This document shows, piece after piece, positions 13,181 through 25,499 of a stretch of 64,000 bases of DNA. Each line of letters starts with the position of its first letter. Position 1 is the first letter of the stretch. Position numbers and translations under genes: made by a program. The DNA comes from Squalus acanthias (Eukaryota), in contig JASTWF010000033.1 of the NCBI GenBank assembly GCA_030390025.1, positions 498,001-562,000 of the forward strand, given 5' to 3'. The notes under the pieces are model-generated. The model searched no databases. It was not told the origin of the DNA and saw only the letters and a list, made by a program, of their open reading frames with translations.

Positions 13181-13599
13181 GAAAGTGACTGTTAACCAGA
13201 CTGAACTGTCTCTGGATGCACGAGACAGGACAACGATAGCACTGCATATAGGGGTGATGAACAGAAATGATCCAGGGTAAAGGTTATAACTGATCCGAAA
13301 AAATATGACCTCGGTGATAATGACCAGTAGATCAGTCACCACCATTCCCAGCAGGTAGCGAGTGATACATTCAGAGAGCCCGCACATTGCTCGGGACAAG
13401 ATCATAATCGCAATCAAGTTAACTGTAAGAGAGAGAAGGCAAATGAGACAGGAAATTACTAATCAGTCTCGACAGGGAATTCTACACACCTGTTAATATA
13501 AACTACTTATTTGAGTGTAGGGATATTCCATTGTTCTCCCCCGAGTCCATAAACCTGCACTGTGAAGTAGGGTCATTGCACAGGGATCAGAAACGACAA

Positions 13600-14650
13600 T
13601 CTTTTCAGGCAGTGAGTTCCAGACCCCCTCCACCCTCTGAGTGAAACAGGTTCACCTCAGCTCACCTCCAATCCTACTACCAATGACATTAAATCTATGC
13701 CCCCTGGTTATTGACTTCTCTGCTAGGGGAATTATGTCCTTCCTTTCCACTATGTCTAGGCCTCTCGCAATTTTATACACCTCAATCGTGTCTCCCCTCA
13801 GAGTCTTCCACTTAAATAAAGCTAATTACACACGTATGAGGGTCGAGTTGGCTGCGGTAGATTGGAAAAATATGTTAAAAGTTATGGTGGTAGATAAGCA
13901 GTGGCTAGCATTTAAAGAAAGATTTCATAATTCTCAACAAAAATACATTCCATTGAGAAACAGAAACTCCACGAGAAAAGTGATCCAAACGTGGCTAACT
14001 AAAGAAGTTAAGCATAGCATTAGATTGAAAGAAGAAGCTTATAATGTTGCAAAGTAAGCCTGAGAAATAGGAAAGTTTCAGAAACCAGCAAATACCAGTA
14101 AAAAGGAAGAGAGTAGCAAAAGTTCGCGTTTGTCCCTTAGTGGCTGAAACAGGAGAAATTATTTTGGGGAATAAGGAAATAGCAGAAACGTTAAAGAAAT
14201 ATGTAGTACCTATCTTCACAGTAGAAGACACAAAAATTATACCAAAAATGTCAGAGAAGCACGGGTCTAATTAGGGTGAGGATCTTAACATAATCAATGT
14301 AAGTAGAAAAAACACAAGAGAAAGTAATGGGAATCAAAGCCAACAAATCTCATGGACCCGACGGCCTACATCCTAGCGTTCCAATAGAGGTGGCTGCAGA
14401 GATATTATATGCATCGGTTTTGATCTTCCAAAATTCCCTAGATTCTAGAACGATCCCAGCGGATTGGAATGCCGCAAATGTAACACCGCTATTCAAGAAA
14501 GGAGCGAGAGAGAAAACAGGGAACGACAGGCCAGTTAGCCCGATATCAGTCGTCCGGAAAATGCTGGAAACCATTATAAAGGAAGTGGTATCAGGGCACT
14601 TCGAAAATCATAACATGATTAGGCAGAGTCAGCATGGATTAATGCAAGTA
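13600..14650. mobile_element. CR1 fragments (minus 3' piece, then plus ORF2 piece) in GPCR intron
   Basis: KSHGPDGLHP..IPADWNAANVTPLFKKG..QSQHG. Confidence 0.85.
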
Positions 14651-14671
14651 AATCGTGAAAGAAAAAAATTA

Positions 14672-16640
14672 TTCAATCTAACACAACACTTCAATCTAAT
14701 AACGCACTTCAATCTAATACAGCACTACAATCTAATAATGCACTTCAATCTAAGACAACACTTCAATCTAATACAGCACTAATTCTAATAATGCACTTCA
14801 ATCTAATACAACACTTCAATCTAATACAGCACTTCAATCTAATACAGCACTACAATCTAATAATGCACTTCAATCTAATACAGCACTTCAATCAATACAG
14901 CACTGAAATCTAATTTAGCACTTCAATCTAATACTGTACCTCAATCTAATACAGTACTTCAATCTAATACAACACTTCAATCTAATACAGCACTTCAATC
15001 TAATACAGCACTTCAATCTAATACAGCACTTCAATCTAACACAACACTTCAAACTAATACAGCACTTCAATCTAATACAGCACTTCAATCTAATACAGCA
15101 CTTCAATCTAATACAACACTTCAATCTAATACAGCACTTCAATCTAACACAACACTTCCATCTAATACCGCACTTCAATCTGATACAGCACTTCAATCTG
15201 ATATAGCACTTCAATCAGATACAGCACTTCAATCTAATACAGCACTTCAATCTAATACAGCACTTCAATCTAATACAGCACTTCAATCTAATACAGCACT
15301 TCAATATAATACAGCACTTCAATCTAATACAGCACTTCAATCTAATACAGCACTTCAATCTAATACAGCAGTTCAATCTAATACAGCACTTCAATCTAAT
15401 ACAGCACTTCAATCTAATACAACACTTCAATCTAATACAGCACTTCAATCTAATACAGCACTTCAATCTAATACAGCACTTCAATCTAATACAGCACTTC
15501 AATATAATACAGCACTTCAATCTAATACAGCACTTCAATCTAATACAACACTTCAATCTAATACAGCACTTCAATCTAATACAGCACTTCAATCTAACAC
15601 AACACTTCAAACTAATACAGCATTTCAATCGAATACAGCACTTCAATCTAATACAGCACTTCAATATAATACAGCACTTCAGTCTAATACAGCACTTCAA
15701 TCTAATACAGCACTTCAATCTAATACAGCAGTTCAATCTAATACAGCACTTCAATCTAATACAGCACTTCAATCTAATACAACACTTCAATCTAATACAG
15801 CGCTTCAATCTAATGCAGCACTTCAATCGAAAAAAGGCACTTCAATCTAATACAGCACTTCAATCTAATTCTGCGCTTCAATCTAATCCAGCACTTCAAT
15901 CAAAGTCAGCACTTAAATCTAATACAACACTTCAATCTAATACAGCACTTCAATCTAATACAGCCCTACAATCTAATAATTCACTTCAATCTAATACAGC
16001 ACTTCAATCAATACAGCACTGAAATCTAATTTAGCACTTCAATCTAATACTGTACCTCAATCTAATACAGCACTTCAATCTAATACAGCACTTCAATCTA
16101 ATACAGCATTTCAATCTAATACAGCACTTCACTCTAATACAGCACTTCAATCAAATACAGTTCTTCAATCTAATGCTGCCCTTCATTCTGATGCAGCCCC
16201 TCAATCTACTGCAGCCCTTTAATCTGTTACCGCAATTCAATCTAATACAACACTTGAATCTTATACAGCACCTCAATCAAATACAGCATTTCAATCAATA
16301 GCGCACTTCAATCTAATACAGCACTTCAATCTAACACAACATTTAAATCTATTACAGCACTTCAATCTAATTCAGCACTTCACTCTAATAGAGCTCTTCA
16401 ATCAAATACAGCACTTCAATGTAATACAGTACTTCAATCTAATGCAGCACTTCACTCTAATACAGCACTTCACTCGAATGCAGCCCTTCAATCTGATACA
16501 GCTTTTCAATCTAATACAGTACTTCAATATAATACAACACTTCAATCTTATACAGTACTAATCTAATACAGCACTTCAATCTAATACAGCACTTCAATCT
16601 AATGCAGCACTTTAATCTAATACAGCACTTGAATCTGATC
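14672..16640. repeat. 18-bp satellite (CTTCAATCTAATACAGCA)n, ~109 copies
   Basis: Direct tandem repeat, homogeneous in the centre and decayed at the edges. Confidence 0.98.
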
Positions 16641-16903
16641 CATAATTTCTAAATAATGCGACACCTCACGCTAATAAAGCACCTCAAACAACGAGCCATA
16701 CCCTGTGTGCAACTAACAGATATTTCAATAACTCAATTTGTTGTAGTGGCTCACCTGGTACACCAAAGATTGCAAGAATAATGAAGTATACGGATCCGAT
16801 TGTGTAAAATGTTGACAACATGTTCTGCGTTAAGCGACCTTTCCCTGCGTGCTGCAGGCAATCTCTCTGAATTGATCTCTGAGGCAATACATTCCCTGAG
16901 CCT

Positions 16904-16913
16904 TCTATTTAAA
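16904..16913 (-). promoter_or_regulatory. TATA-like element upstream of GPCR exon 1
   Basis: TTTAAATAG on the minus strand ~85-90 nt upstream of the ATG. Confidence 0.35.
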
Positions 16914-17381
16914 CACTGTAGAATGTCCACTGGGACAGTCGGGTTGCAACAACGTTTAAATTAATTCTCGCTGTTTGAACACATATATTCAGCTTTCTTT
17001 TCCTGCTATGATGAAAGCCTCAAAGACTGTACCATTTTGATAATATTCTGGAGCGAAATGTATATGTGACGCTGCATTCGCACAAAAATGTGTTGTTTAT
17101 TTTATCAAGATGGGGCTCATCAGTAGATCTCACATTGCTTCCGTGATGCTCTGCACCCTACTGTGTTAATTCAATAGTCCAATTTCATTTTTAGAGTTCC
17201 TCTCTCGTGTCTGCTCTACTTCATTTAATTGTTAGAATTTATTTTCCAAATTAAATTGGTTCCCTGGTCTGATGAATTAAACTGTCCTGCCTTTTCTTAC
17301 AAAATTGTGAATTTAATATAACGCTATTATTGTATTTCTACAAAGGAAACTCGTCACAGCAAAACTATTCATTTCTGTACT

Positions 17382-17665
17382 TCAAACTAACACAGCCTTT
17401 CAATCTAATACAGGCCTTCCAACCCGTTAAACAATTTCAAAAAATACAGCACCTAAATCTGATACAGCATTAAAATATGATACAGCATCTAAATCGAATA
17501 CATCACCTAAATCTAATACACAACCTAAATCTAATACAGCAGCTAAATCTAAAACAGCATCTAAATCTAATTAAAATATGATACAGCACCTAAATCTAAT
17601 GCAGCACCTAAAAATAAGAAAGCAGCTCCAACTAATAAAGCAGCTGAAACTAATACAGCACCTCA
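17382..17665. repeat. Diverged 18-bp satellite (CACCTAAATCTAATACAG)
   Basis: Same register and core as the intronic array. Confidence 0.85.
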
Positions 17666-17668
17666 TTA

Positions 17669-18792
17669 TGTAAGGGGTATCTTAAGTGAGCGGTTCGAAT
17701 CACTCCAACACCCCTCCGGTTCCTAGACTTTAGGCTTATTTAGGGGTTGTGAACAAAATTGCAGTAAACAGGTTCTGATGTAAGAAATGTACTTTATTAA
17801 AAGAAAAAAAAAGGTAACAAACTTGAAACACACTTATTACTTAAACACAGATTCTGGGAACACACGGTACAAGCGAGGGAAATAACAATATATCAAACAA
17901 AACCTTATCCCTCCCAAATATCCCACTATCTGGCTAGGTATTCGGTTTCAGGAGATATGGGATAATGCTCACCAACGAATCCTTGGCAGGATATTAGACT
18001 CTTTTGTTTAAAAGGACTCCGTAAGGCCCTTGGTGCTGCGAGGTGTATGATGGCCACTGCGGCAGTCACTCTGGTTTCTTCTTGCGTGCTGATCTTCTGG
18101 CATTCTTCCTCGTGGCTTGTGGTAAGTTTTGCTAGAGCAGGGAGAGAGCTGTGTCCGCGTCGCCAGTCAGTCCAAAGAGAGAGAGATTATGGCACAGGCT
18201 TTCAAGTTATAATGTTTCTTTTTCGCGCTCAAAAACCCCACAGTAAAACGAATTCCTTTTTGAATGTAAATGACCCTTGCTTCGTCCAATTGTCCAGTCC
18301 TTGCTTAGTGATTTAAATCGCTTTCCGATTTAAACACCGCTTTATTTACACGCCAAATCTTCACTCTATTGTCCTTCTGTTGGCGGGCTTTTAAATCAGT
18401 TCTCTGGATTCCTGGTTGATTGGTTTTTTGGATGGGATAATGGCTATGAAACAGTGTGATCAAAGTTGTATTGTCATTGAATCGTTTTTAGATTACCAGC
18501 ATCTTGTTTGCCCCTGGGAATCCATATTTGAATGTGTTTGTGAGTTTTGCAGTGTCTCAAACAATTCCCAGACAGCTTGATCCGTTCACTGACCGGCCAC
18601 GCCCCTCGCAGCTTGTCTGTGAAAAAAAATGTCTCTCCCAACAATAAGATTAAAACAAAAATCAGTTTCCTCAGGTTTTTTACATCAAATCACTTCACTG
18701 AGGTCCCACCATCCCAAGTTTGTATGAAAAGTCCAAAAATCACTCCCATTAGGGCTCTGTTCGAGTTTCTGGGGGATTTTGCGAAGCCGACA
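17669..18792 (-). mobile_element. Probable solo LTR (~1.1 kb)
   Basis: TG..CA termini (TGTAAGGGG..GCCGACA); minus-strand TATAA ~18210 and AATAAA ~17795; no TSD seen. Confidence 0.45.
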
Positions 18793-18794
18793 AG

Positions 18795-20540
18795 AGTCTG
18801 AGAGGGACAGTGTGTGAGAGAGTGAGTGTGTGTGAGAGAGTCTGAGAGACAGTGTGAGAGAGTCTGAGAGAGACACTGTGTGAGAGAGTGAGTGTGTGTG
18901 AGAGAGTCTGAGAGACAGTGTGAGAGAGTCTGAGAGAGACACTGTGTGAGAAAGTGAGTCTGAGAGAGACAGTGTATGAGAGAGAGTCTGAGAGAGACAG
19001 TGTGTGAGAAAGTGAGTCTGAGAGACAGTGCATGAGAGAGTGAGTCTGAGAGAGACAGTGTGTGAGAGTGTGATTCTGAGAGAGACAGTGCGGGAGAGAG
19101 TGAGTTTGAGAGAGACAGAGTGAGAGAGTGAGTGTGAGAGACAGTGTGTGAGAGAGTGAGTCTGAGAGACTGTGAGAGAGTGAGTCTGAGAGAGACATTG
19201 TGTGAGAGAGTGAGTCTGAGAGAGACAGTGTGTGAGAGAGTGAGTCTGAGAGAGACAGTGTGTGAGAGAGTGAGTCTGAGAGAGACAGTGAGAAAGAGGG
19301 AGTCTGAGAGAGACTGTGTGAGAGAGCGAGTCTGAGAGACAGTGTGTGAGAGAGTGACTCTGAGAGACAGTGTGCGAGAGAGAGTCTGAGAGAGACAGTG
19401 AGAAAGAGTCTGAGCGAGACAGTGTGTGAGAGAGTGAGTCTGAGAGACAGTGTGAGAGGGAGTCTGAGAGAGAGTATTTGAGAGAGTGAGTCTAAGAGAG
19501 AGAGTGTTTGAGAGAGTGCGTCTGAGAGAGACAGTGAGTGAGAGAGTGAGTCTGAGAGAGACAGTGAGTGAGTGAGTCTGAGAGAGACAGTGTGTGAGAG
19601 AGTGAGTCTGAGAGAGAAAGTGTGTGAGAGAGTGAGTCTGAGAGAGACAGTGTGTGAGAGAGTGAGTCTGAGAGTGTGTGAGAGAGTGAGTCTGAGAGAG
19701 ACGGTGTGTGAGAGAGTCTGAGATTGACGTTGTGTGAGAGAGAGAGTCTGAGAGAGAGAGTGTGTGAGAGAGTGAGTCTGAGAGAGACAGTGTGTGAGCG
19801 AGTGAGTCTGAGAGTGTGTGAGAGAGTGAGTGTGAGATAGTGAGTCTGAGAGAGATGGTGCGTGAGAGAATGAGTCTGAGAGACAGTGGGTGAGAGAGTG
19901 AGTCTGAGAGAGACTGTGAGAGAGAGAGAGTGAGTCTGAGAGAGAGTGTGTGAGAAAGTGAGTCAGAGAGTGTGTGAGTGAGTGAGTCTGAGAAAGAGAG
20001 AGAGAGTGAGTCTGAGAGTGTGTGAGAGAGTGAGTTTGAGAGAGACAGTGTGCGATAGAGTGAGTCTGAGAGAGATGGTGTGTGAGTAAGTGAGTCTGAG
20101 AGAGACACTGAGTGAGAGAGTGAGTCTGAGAGAGACAGTGTGTGAGAGAGTGCTTCTGAGAGAGACAGTGTGAGAGAGAGTTAGTCTGAGAGAGACGGTG
20201 TGTGAGAGAGTGAGTCTGAGAGAGACAGTGTGTGAGAGAGTGTCTGAGAGAGACAGTGTGTGAGAGAGAGTCTGAGACAGTGTGTGAGAGACTGAGTCTG
20301 AGAGAGACAGTGTGTGAGAGAGTGAGTCTGAGAGAGACAGTGTGTGAGAGAGTGCTTCTGAGAGAGACAGTGTGAGGGAGAGTTAGTCTGAGAGAGACGG
20401 TGTGTGAGAGAGTGAGTCTGAGAGAGACAGTGTGTGAGAGAGACTCTGAGAGAGACAGTGTGTGAGAGAGAGTCTGAGACAGTGTGTGAGAGACTGAGTC
20501 TGAGAGAGACAGTGTGTGAGAGAGTGAGTCTGAGAGAGTG
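18795..20540. repeat. ~30-bp GA/GT-rich satellite (GAGAGAGTGAGTCTGAGAGAGACAGTGTGT)n
   Basis: 30-nt period with dinucleotide slippage. Confidence 0.97.
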
Positions 20541-20544
20541 TGTG

Positions 20545-20740
20545 AGGGAGCGGGAGGGAGAGAGGGGTGGGGGGAGGGGGATGGAGGGGGGAGCGGGGGA
20601 GGGGGTTGGAGGGGGGGAGAGGGGGTTGGCGGGTTGGGGGGGGAGAGGGGTTTGGAGGGGGGGAGGGGTAGCAGAGGGAGGGGGAGGGGGGAGGGTGGAG
20701 GGAGGGAAGGGGGGGTGGAGGGACGGGGGGGGGGAGAGAA
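20545..20740 (+). repeat. G-run polypurine tract
   Basis: Many runs of 3-9 G separated by short linkers. Confidence 0.9.
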
Positions 20741-20879
20741 GGTGTGCATACAAGAGTGAGAAGAGAGACTACGGGCGACAAAGGGGAGAAACAGTTTTTA
20801 ATGATAAGGAGAGAGAAAAGGGGTGAAGAGTCTGTTTGTGACCGAGAACTAAGGGATAAAGAACATGAGAGGTTGGAAA

Positions 20880-21052
20880 GGAGATAGAGAGGGAGCGAGA
20901 GAGAGAGAGAGAGAGAGAGAGACACACAGAGAGAGAGTGTGAGAGAGAGAGAGCGCGAGAGAGAGCGCGAGTGAGTGAGTGAGAGAGAGCGAGAATGAGC
21001 GCGAGAGAGAGAGCGAGTGAGAGAGTGAGACAGTGAGAGAGTGAGAGAGCGA

Positions 21053-21085
<33 letters not shown>
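20880..21085. repeat. (GA)n compound microsatellite
   Basis: Direct inspection. Confidence 0.95.
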
Positions 21086-21087
21086 CC

Positions 21088-21890
21088 AGACAGGATGGGT
21101 AAACAACAAAAAACTGAGAGTTGTGGTTAACAGCTGTTTCTGGCACTGGAAGGATTTAAACAGTGGTGATCCCCAGGGGTCAGTGTGGGCACCATCGCTT
21201 TTCTCAATATATGTGGTTATGATTGACCTGAATTTGGGTGTTGAGGTCACAATAACAAACATTGCAGCTTCCACAAAGATAAGGAGTGAGGTTAACCATG
21301 AAGAGGACTTTAGAGAACTTCAGGAGGAGAGAGACAGATGAGCAGATTGGACAGGTAGATGTCAGATGGAAATTAATGCAGAGCGATGTGAGGTGAGAAG
21401 AATAAGGAGAGGAAATAGAGACTATACGATAAAACTGTAAAAGGAGTGGAGGAGCAGAGAGATTCAGGGATTCAGATAGACAAATCTTTAATTGTGGGAG
21501 GCAAGTTGATAAAGCTGTTTTACAAAATTCCACATGGGATCCGAGGAATTATAAATAAGGACATAGAGTATAAAAGCAGAGTTAAAGCTACACCTGGACA
21601 AATCATTGGTTCGGCCACAGTCAGAATATTGTCTCCAGTTTTTGGTGCATTATTTTAGTAAGAATGTCAAGGCCATGGAGAGCTGCAGAAGAGATTCACT
21701 AAGATGATCCCAAGGACGGGAGTCTTCACAAAACTTTTCTTAAGAGTAGAGAAGTTGAAAAGGGGATCAGATAGAGGGGGTCAACATTTTGAGGGGGCTT
21801 TTAATGAAGTAACAGAAATAAACTATCCCCACTGCTTAGTGAGTCGGTAACCAGAGGATATCAATTTAAGACCAAAATAATTGAGTGACA
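21088..21890 (+). mobile_element. Old degenerate CR1 RT fragment
   Basis: RVVVNSCF..SGDPQGSV.. and decayed downstream motifs. Confidence 0.75.
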
Positions 21891-21989
21891 GGTTGATTTT
21901 TCCTTTTCTGCACAATGTCTTCCTGAACACATTTACAGTCTCATTACTGTTTGTCAAACCTCCTACTTTTGTGCCATCAGCAAATGTTC

Positions 21990-23866
21990 AGAATGAATAT
22001 TTTGTATCAGTCTTTACAGTAGAGGACACTAAGAATATCCCAACACTGGACAAACAGGGGGCTATAGGGGGAGAGGAGCTAAACACGATCAAAATCACTA
22101 AGGAAGTGGTACTCGGTAAAATAATGGGACTCAAGGCGGATAAATCACCTGGGCTTACATCCTAGAGTCTTGAAGTAAGTGGCGGTAGGGATTGTAGATG
22201 CATTGGTAATAATTTTTCAAAACTCCCTGGATTCCGCTAAGGTCCCGGCAGACTGGAAAACTGCTAATGTAACACCCTTATTTAAAAAGGGCAGTAGACA
22301 GAAGGCTGGTAACTATAGACCGGTTAGCCTAACATCTGTGGTAGGTAACATTTTGGAGTCCATTATTAAGGAAACAGTAACAGGACATTTGGATAATCAT
22401 AATTTAATAGGACAAAATCAGCATGGTTTTACGAAGGGGAAGTCATGTTTGACAAATTTGCTGGAGTTCTTTGAGGAAGTAACATATAGAGTGGATAAAG
22501 GGGAACCAGTGGACGTAGTGTATTTAGACTTCCAAAAGGCATTTGACAAGGTGCCACACAAAAGATTATTGCTTAAGGTAAAAAAATCACGGGATTGGGG
22601 GTAATATTCTGGCATGGATAGAGGATTGGCTATCTAACAGAAAGCAAAGAGTTGGGATAAATGGTTCATTCTCAGACTGGCAATCAGTAACTAGTGGTGT
22701 TCCACAGGGGTCAGTGCTGGGTCCCCAACTCTTTACAATCTATATTAACGATTTGGAGGAAGGGACCAAGTGTAACATATCAAAATTTGCAGATGATACT
22801 AAGATGGGAGGGAAAGTAGTGAGTGAGGAGGACATAAAAAACCTGCAAGGGGATATAGACAGGCTAAGTAAGTGGGCAGAGATTTGGCAGATGGAATACA
22901 ACACTGGAAAGTGTGAGGTGATGCACTTTGGCAGGAAAAATCCTAGAGCAATTTATTATCTTAATTGCAAGAAACTGGAGAGTACTGAAATGCAAAGGGA
23001 TCTGGGGGTCTTGGTGCACGAAACTCAAAAGGTTAGTATGCAGGTGCAGCAAGTGATTAAGAAGGCAAATGGAATGTTGGCTTTCATTGCTAGGGGGATA
23101 GAATATAAAAATAGGGAGGTATTGCTTCAGTTGTACAAGGTATTGGTGAGACCGCACCTGGAATACTGCATACAGTTTTGGTGTCCTTACTTAAGGAAAG
23201 ACATCCTTGCTCTCGAGGCAGTGCAAAAAAGGTTCACTCGGTTAATCCCGGGGATGAGGGGGTGGTCATATGAGGAGAGGTTGGGTAGATTGGGACTCTA
23301 CTCATTGGAGTTCAGAAGAATGAGAGGCGATCTTATTGAAACATATACGATTGTGAAGGGGTTGGATCGGGTGGATGCGGGGAGGATGTTCCCGATGACG
23401 GGTGAGACTAGAACTAGGGGACATAGTCTTAGAATAAGGGGCTGCTCTTTCAAAACTGAGATGAGGAGGAACTACTTCACTCAGAGGGTGGTAGGTCCAT
23501 GGAATATGCTGCCACAAAAAGCTGTAGAAGCTACATCATTAAATAAATTTAAAACAGAAATAGACAGGTTCCTAGAAGTAAAGGGCATTAAGGGTTACGG
23601 GGAGCGGGCAGGAATTTGGACATGAGTCTAGGTTCGGATCGGTCATGGCCCTGTGGGTAGTGGAGCGGGCCCAGGGACCGTGTAGCCTGATTCTGCTCCT
23701 ATTTCGTGTGTGCAATTCTGTTAGATGCAGGAGATGGTTCTGTGATAGTAGATAGTAGATTGACGGTTAGGATCAGATCAGCCATGATCTTATTGAATGG
23801 CGGAGGAGGCTCGAGGGGCCGATTGGCCTACTCCTGCTCCTATTTCTTATGTTCTTATGTTCTTAT
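21990..23866 (+). mobile_element. Young 5'-truncated CR1 LINE (RT to 3' UTR) nested in an older minus-strand CR1
   Basis: ORFs 22179-22604 and 22714-23625 with LDFQKAFDKVPH, KFADDTK, LVRPHLEYC; (TTATGTTC)n tail. Confidence 0.97.
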
Positions 23867-24354
23867 TGTGCTCCTGATTCCTAAATCCGAACAGTCTCTG
23901 TAAACGGAGAAGAAAAGTGGGCCCAGCACTGACCCCTAGGATAACCACTTCCAACCCTTCACCAATCTGAGCAACTCCCATTAACGCTGAGCCTCTGTTT
24001 CCTGTCCTCCGCCAACTTTCTCCCAGCACTGTTCCACTTCCTTTTAAAGTGCCCACCTGAACAGAGTGGCCATTACCCCGGGGATCCCCCAGTTACCGTC
24101 AGACCGTTGCTCGCCATGTCCCTGATTTCACTGGACATCCTTCACAGTCTCATTGAATTGTCTCGATGTCTCCCAGCCATGTGATCATCCAAAGCAGTTT
24201 CCAGTCGGAATGAAGTATTCTCCGGAACATTTCATCTCCGGTCAAAATTCCTTCTCAAAATTCCTGGAAGTTCCGGCACGACTTCTTCTGTGGAAGAAAG
24301 ACACATCGGGTTAGGGGACGGAAGAATTAAGGACCATTCTGATGTAGTCAGTGT

Positions 24355-24690
24355 CGGCCTTGGCTCATTGGTAACTCTCGCTTTTAGAATCATAAAGATT
24401 GTGTGTTCAAGCCCCCCTCCAGAGAGTTAAGCACAAAATCCAGGCTGAAACTGCAATGGGGTGCTGAGGGAGTGCCGCACTGTCGCAGGTGCCGTCTTTT
24501 GGATGGGACGTTAACCCGAGGCCCTGTCTGCACTCAAAGGTGGACGTAAAAGATGCCACGGCACTATTTCGAAGAAGAGTGGCCGAGTTCCCCCCGGGGT
24601 CCGGGGCCAATATTTCTCCCTTGACCAACATCACTGAAGCGATTATTTGGCCATTGGCCACAGTACTGTGTGTGGGATCTTGCTGTGCCC
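24355..24690 (+). mobile_element. SacSINE1/DeuSINE-like tRNA-derived SINE
   Basis: tRNA-like head (TGGCTCATTGGTA..GTTCAAGCCC); body GTGCTGAGGGAGTGCCGCACTGTC..GGACGTAAAAGATGCCACGGCACTATTTCGAAGAAGAG..; Deu-type end GTGGGATCTTGCTGTGC. Confidence 0.8.
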
Positions 24691-25440
24691 ACCGTGCAAT
24701 GTGTGGGATCTTGCTGTGCCCACAGTGCTGTGTGTGGGATCTTGCTGTGTCCACAGTGCTGTGTGTGGGATCTTGCTGTGTCCACAGTACTGTGTGTGGG
24801 ATCTTGCTGTGCCCACAGTGCTGTGTGTGGGATCTTGCTGTGACCACAGTGATGTGTGTGTGATCTTGCTGTTCCCACAGTGCAGTGTGTGGGATCTTGC
24901 TGTGCCCACAGTGCTGTGTGTGGGATCTTGCTGTGCCCACAGTGCTGTGTGTGGGATCTTGCTGTGCCCACAGTGCTGTGTGTGGGATCTTGCTGTGTCC
25001 ACAGTGCTGTGTGTGGGATCTTGCTGTGCCCACAGTGCTGTGTGTGGGATCTTGCTGTGCCCACAGTGTTGTGTGGGATCTTGCTGTGTCCACAGTGCTG
25101 TGTGTGGGATCTTGCTGTGCCCACAGTGCTGTGTGTGGGATCTTGCTGTGTCCATAGTGCCATGTGTGGGTTCTTGCTGATCCCGCAGTGCTGTGTGTGG
25201 GATCTTGCTGTGCCCACAGTGCTATGTGTGGGATCTTGCTGTGCCCACAGTGCTGTGTGTGGGATCTTGCTGTGCCCACAGTACTGTGTGTGGGATCTTG
25301 CTGTGCCCACAGTGCTGTGTGTGGGATCTTGCTGTGCCCACAGTACTGTGTGTGGGATCTTGCTGTGCCCACAGTGCTGTGTGTGGGATCTTGCTGTGCC
25401 CACAGTGCAGTATTTGGGATCTTGCTGTGCTCACAGTGCC
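24659..25440. repeat. 31-bp minisatellite (CACAGTGCTGTGTGTGGGATCTTGCTGTGCC)n, ~25 copies
   Basis: Direct tandem repeat. Confidence 0.97.
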
Positions 25441-25499
25441 TGCCGCTTTTCCTGGAGTGAGCTCCCTTCACAAGCCCCCCATTGTGTGTGAGGTTCTGG

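Larger units (their letters stand above)
11764..16821 (-). pseudogene. GPR139-like class A GPCR pseudogene (two exons)
   Basis: Exon 1 16821-16755 (MLSTFYTIGSVYFIILAIFGVP, phase-1 GTGAG donor). Exon 2 from 13422 (TTACAG acceptor): VNLIAIMILSR..YLLGMVVTDLLVI..SVWLTVTF[CR1]SFDRFVAIC..PFALILLLN..NLSSCTNTFIYGVTQTKFREQF. Lesions: CR1 insert, 1-nt deletion at ~12299-12302, TAG at 11974-11976. Confidence 0.9.

Noticed and set aside
14915..15826. Cys-rich (CCIRLK)n ORFs
   Set aside because: Translation of the 18-bp satellite; no gene structure.
18690..20925. Long Ser/His/Thr/Leu-rich and Pro-rich ORFs (up to 666 aa)
   Set aside because: Stop-free frames of the GA/GT satellite and G tract.
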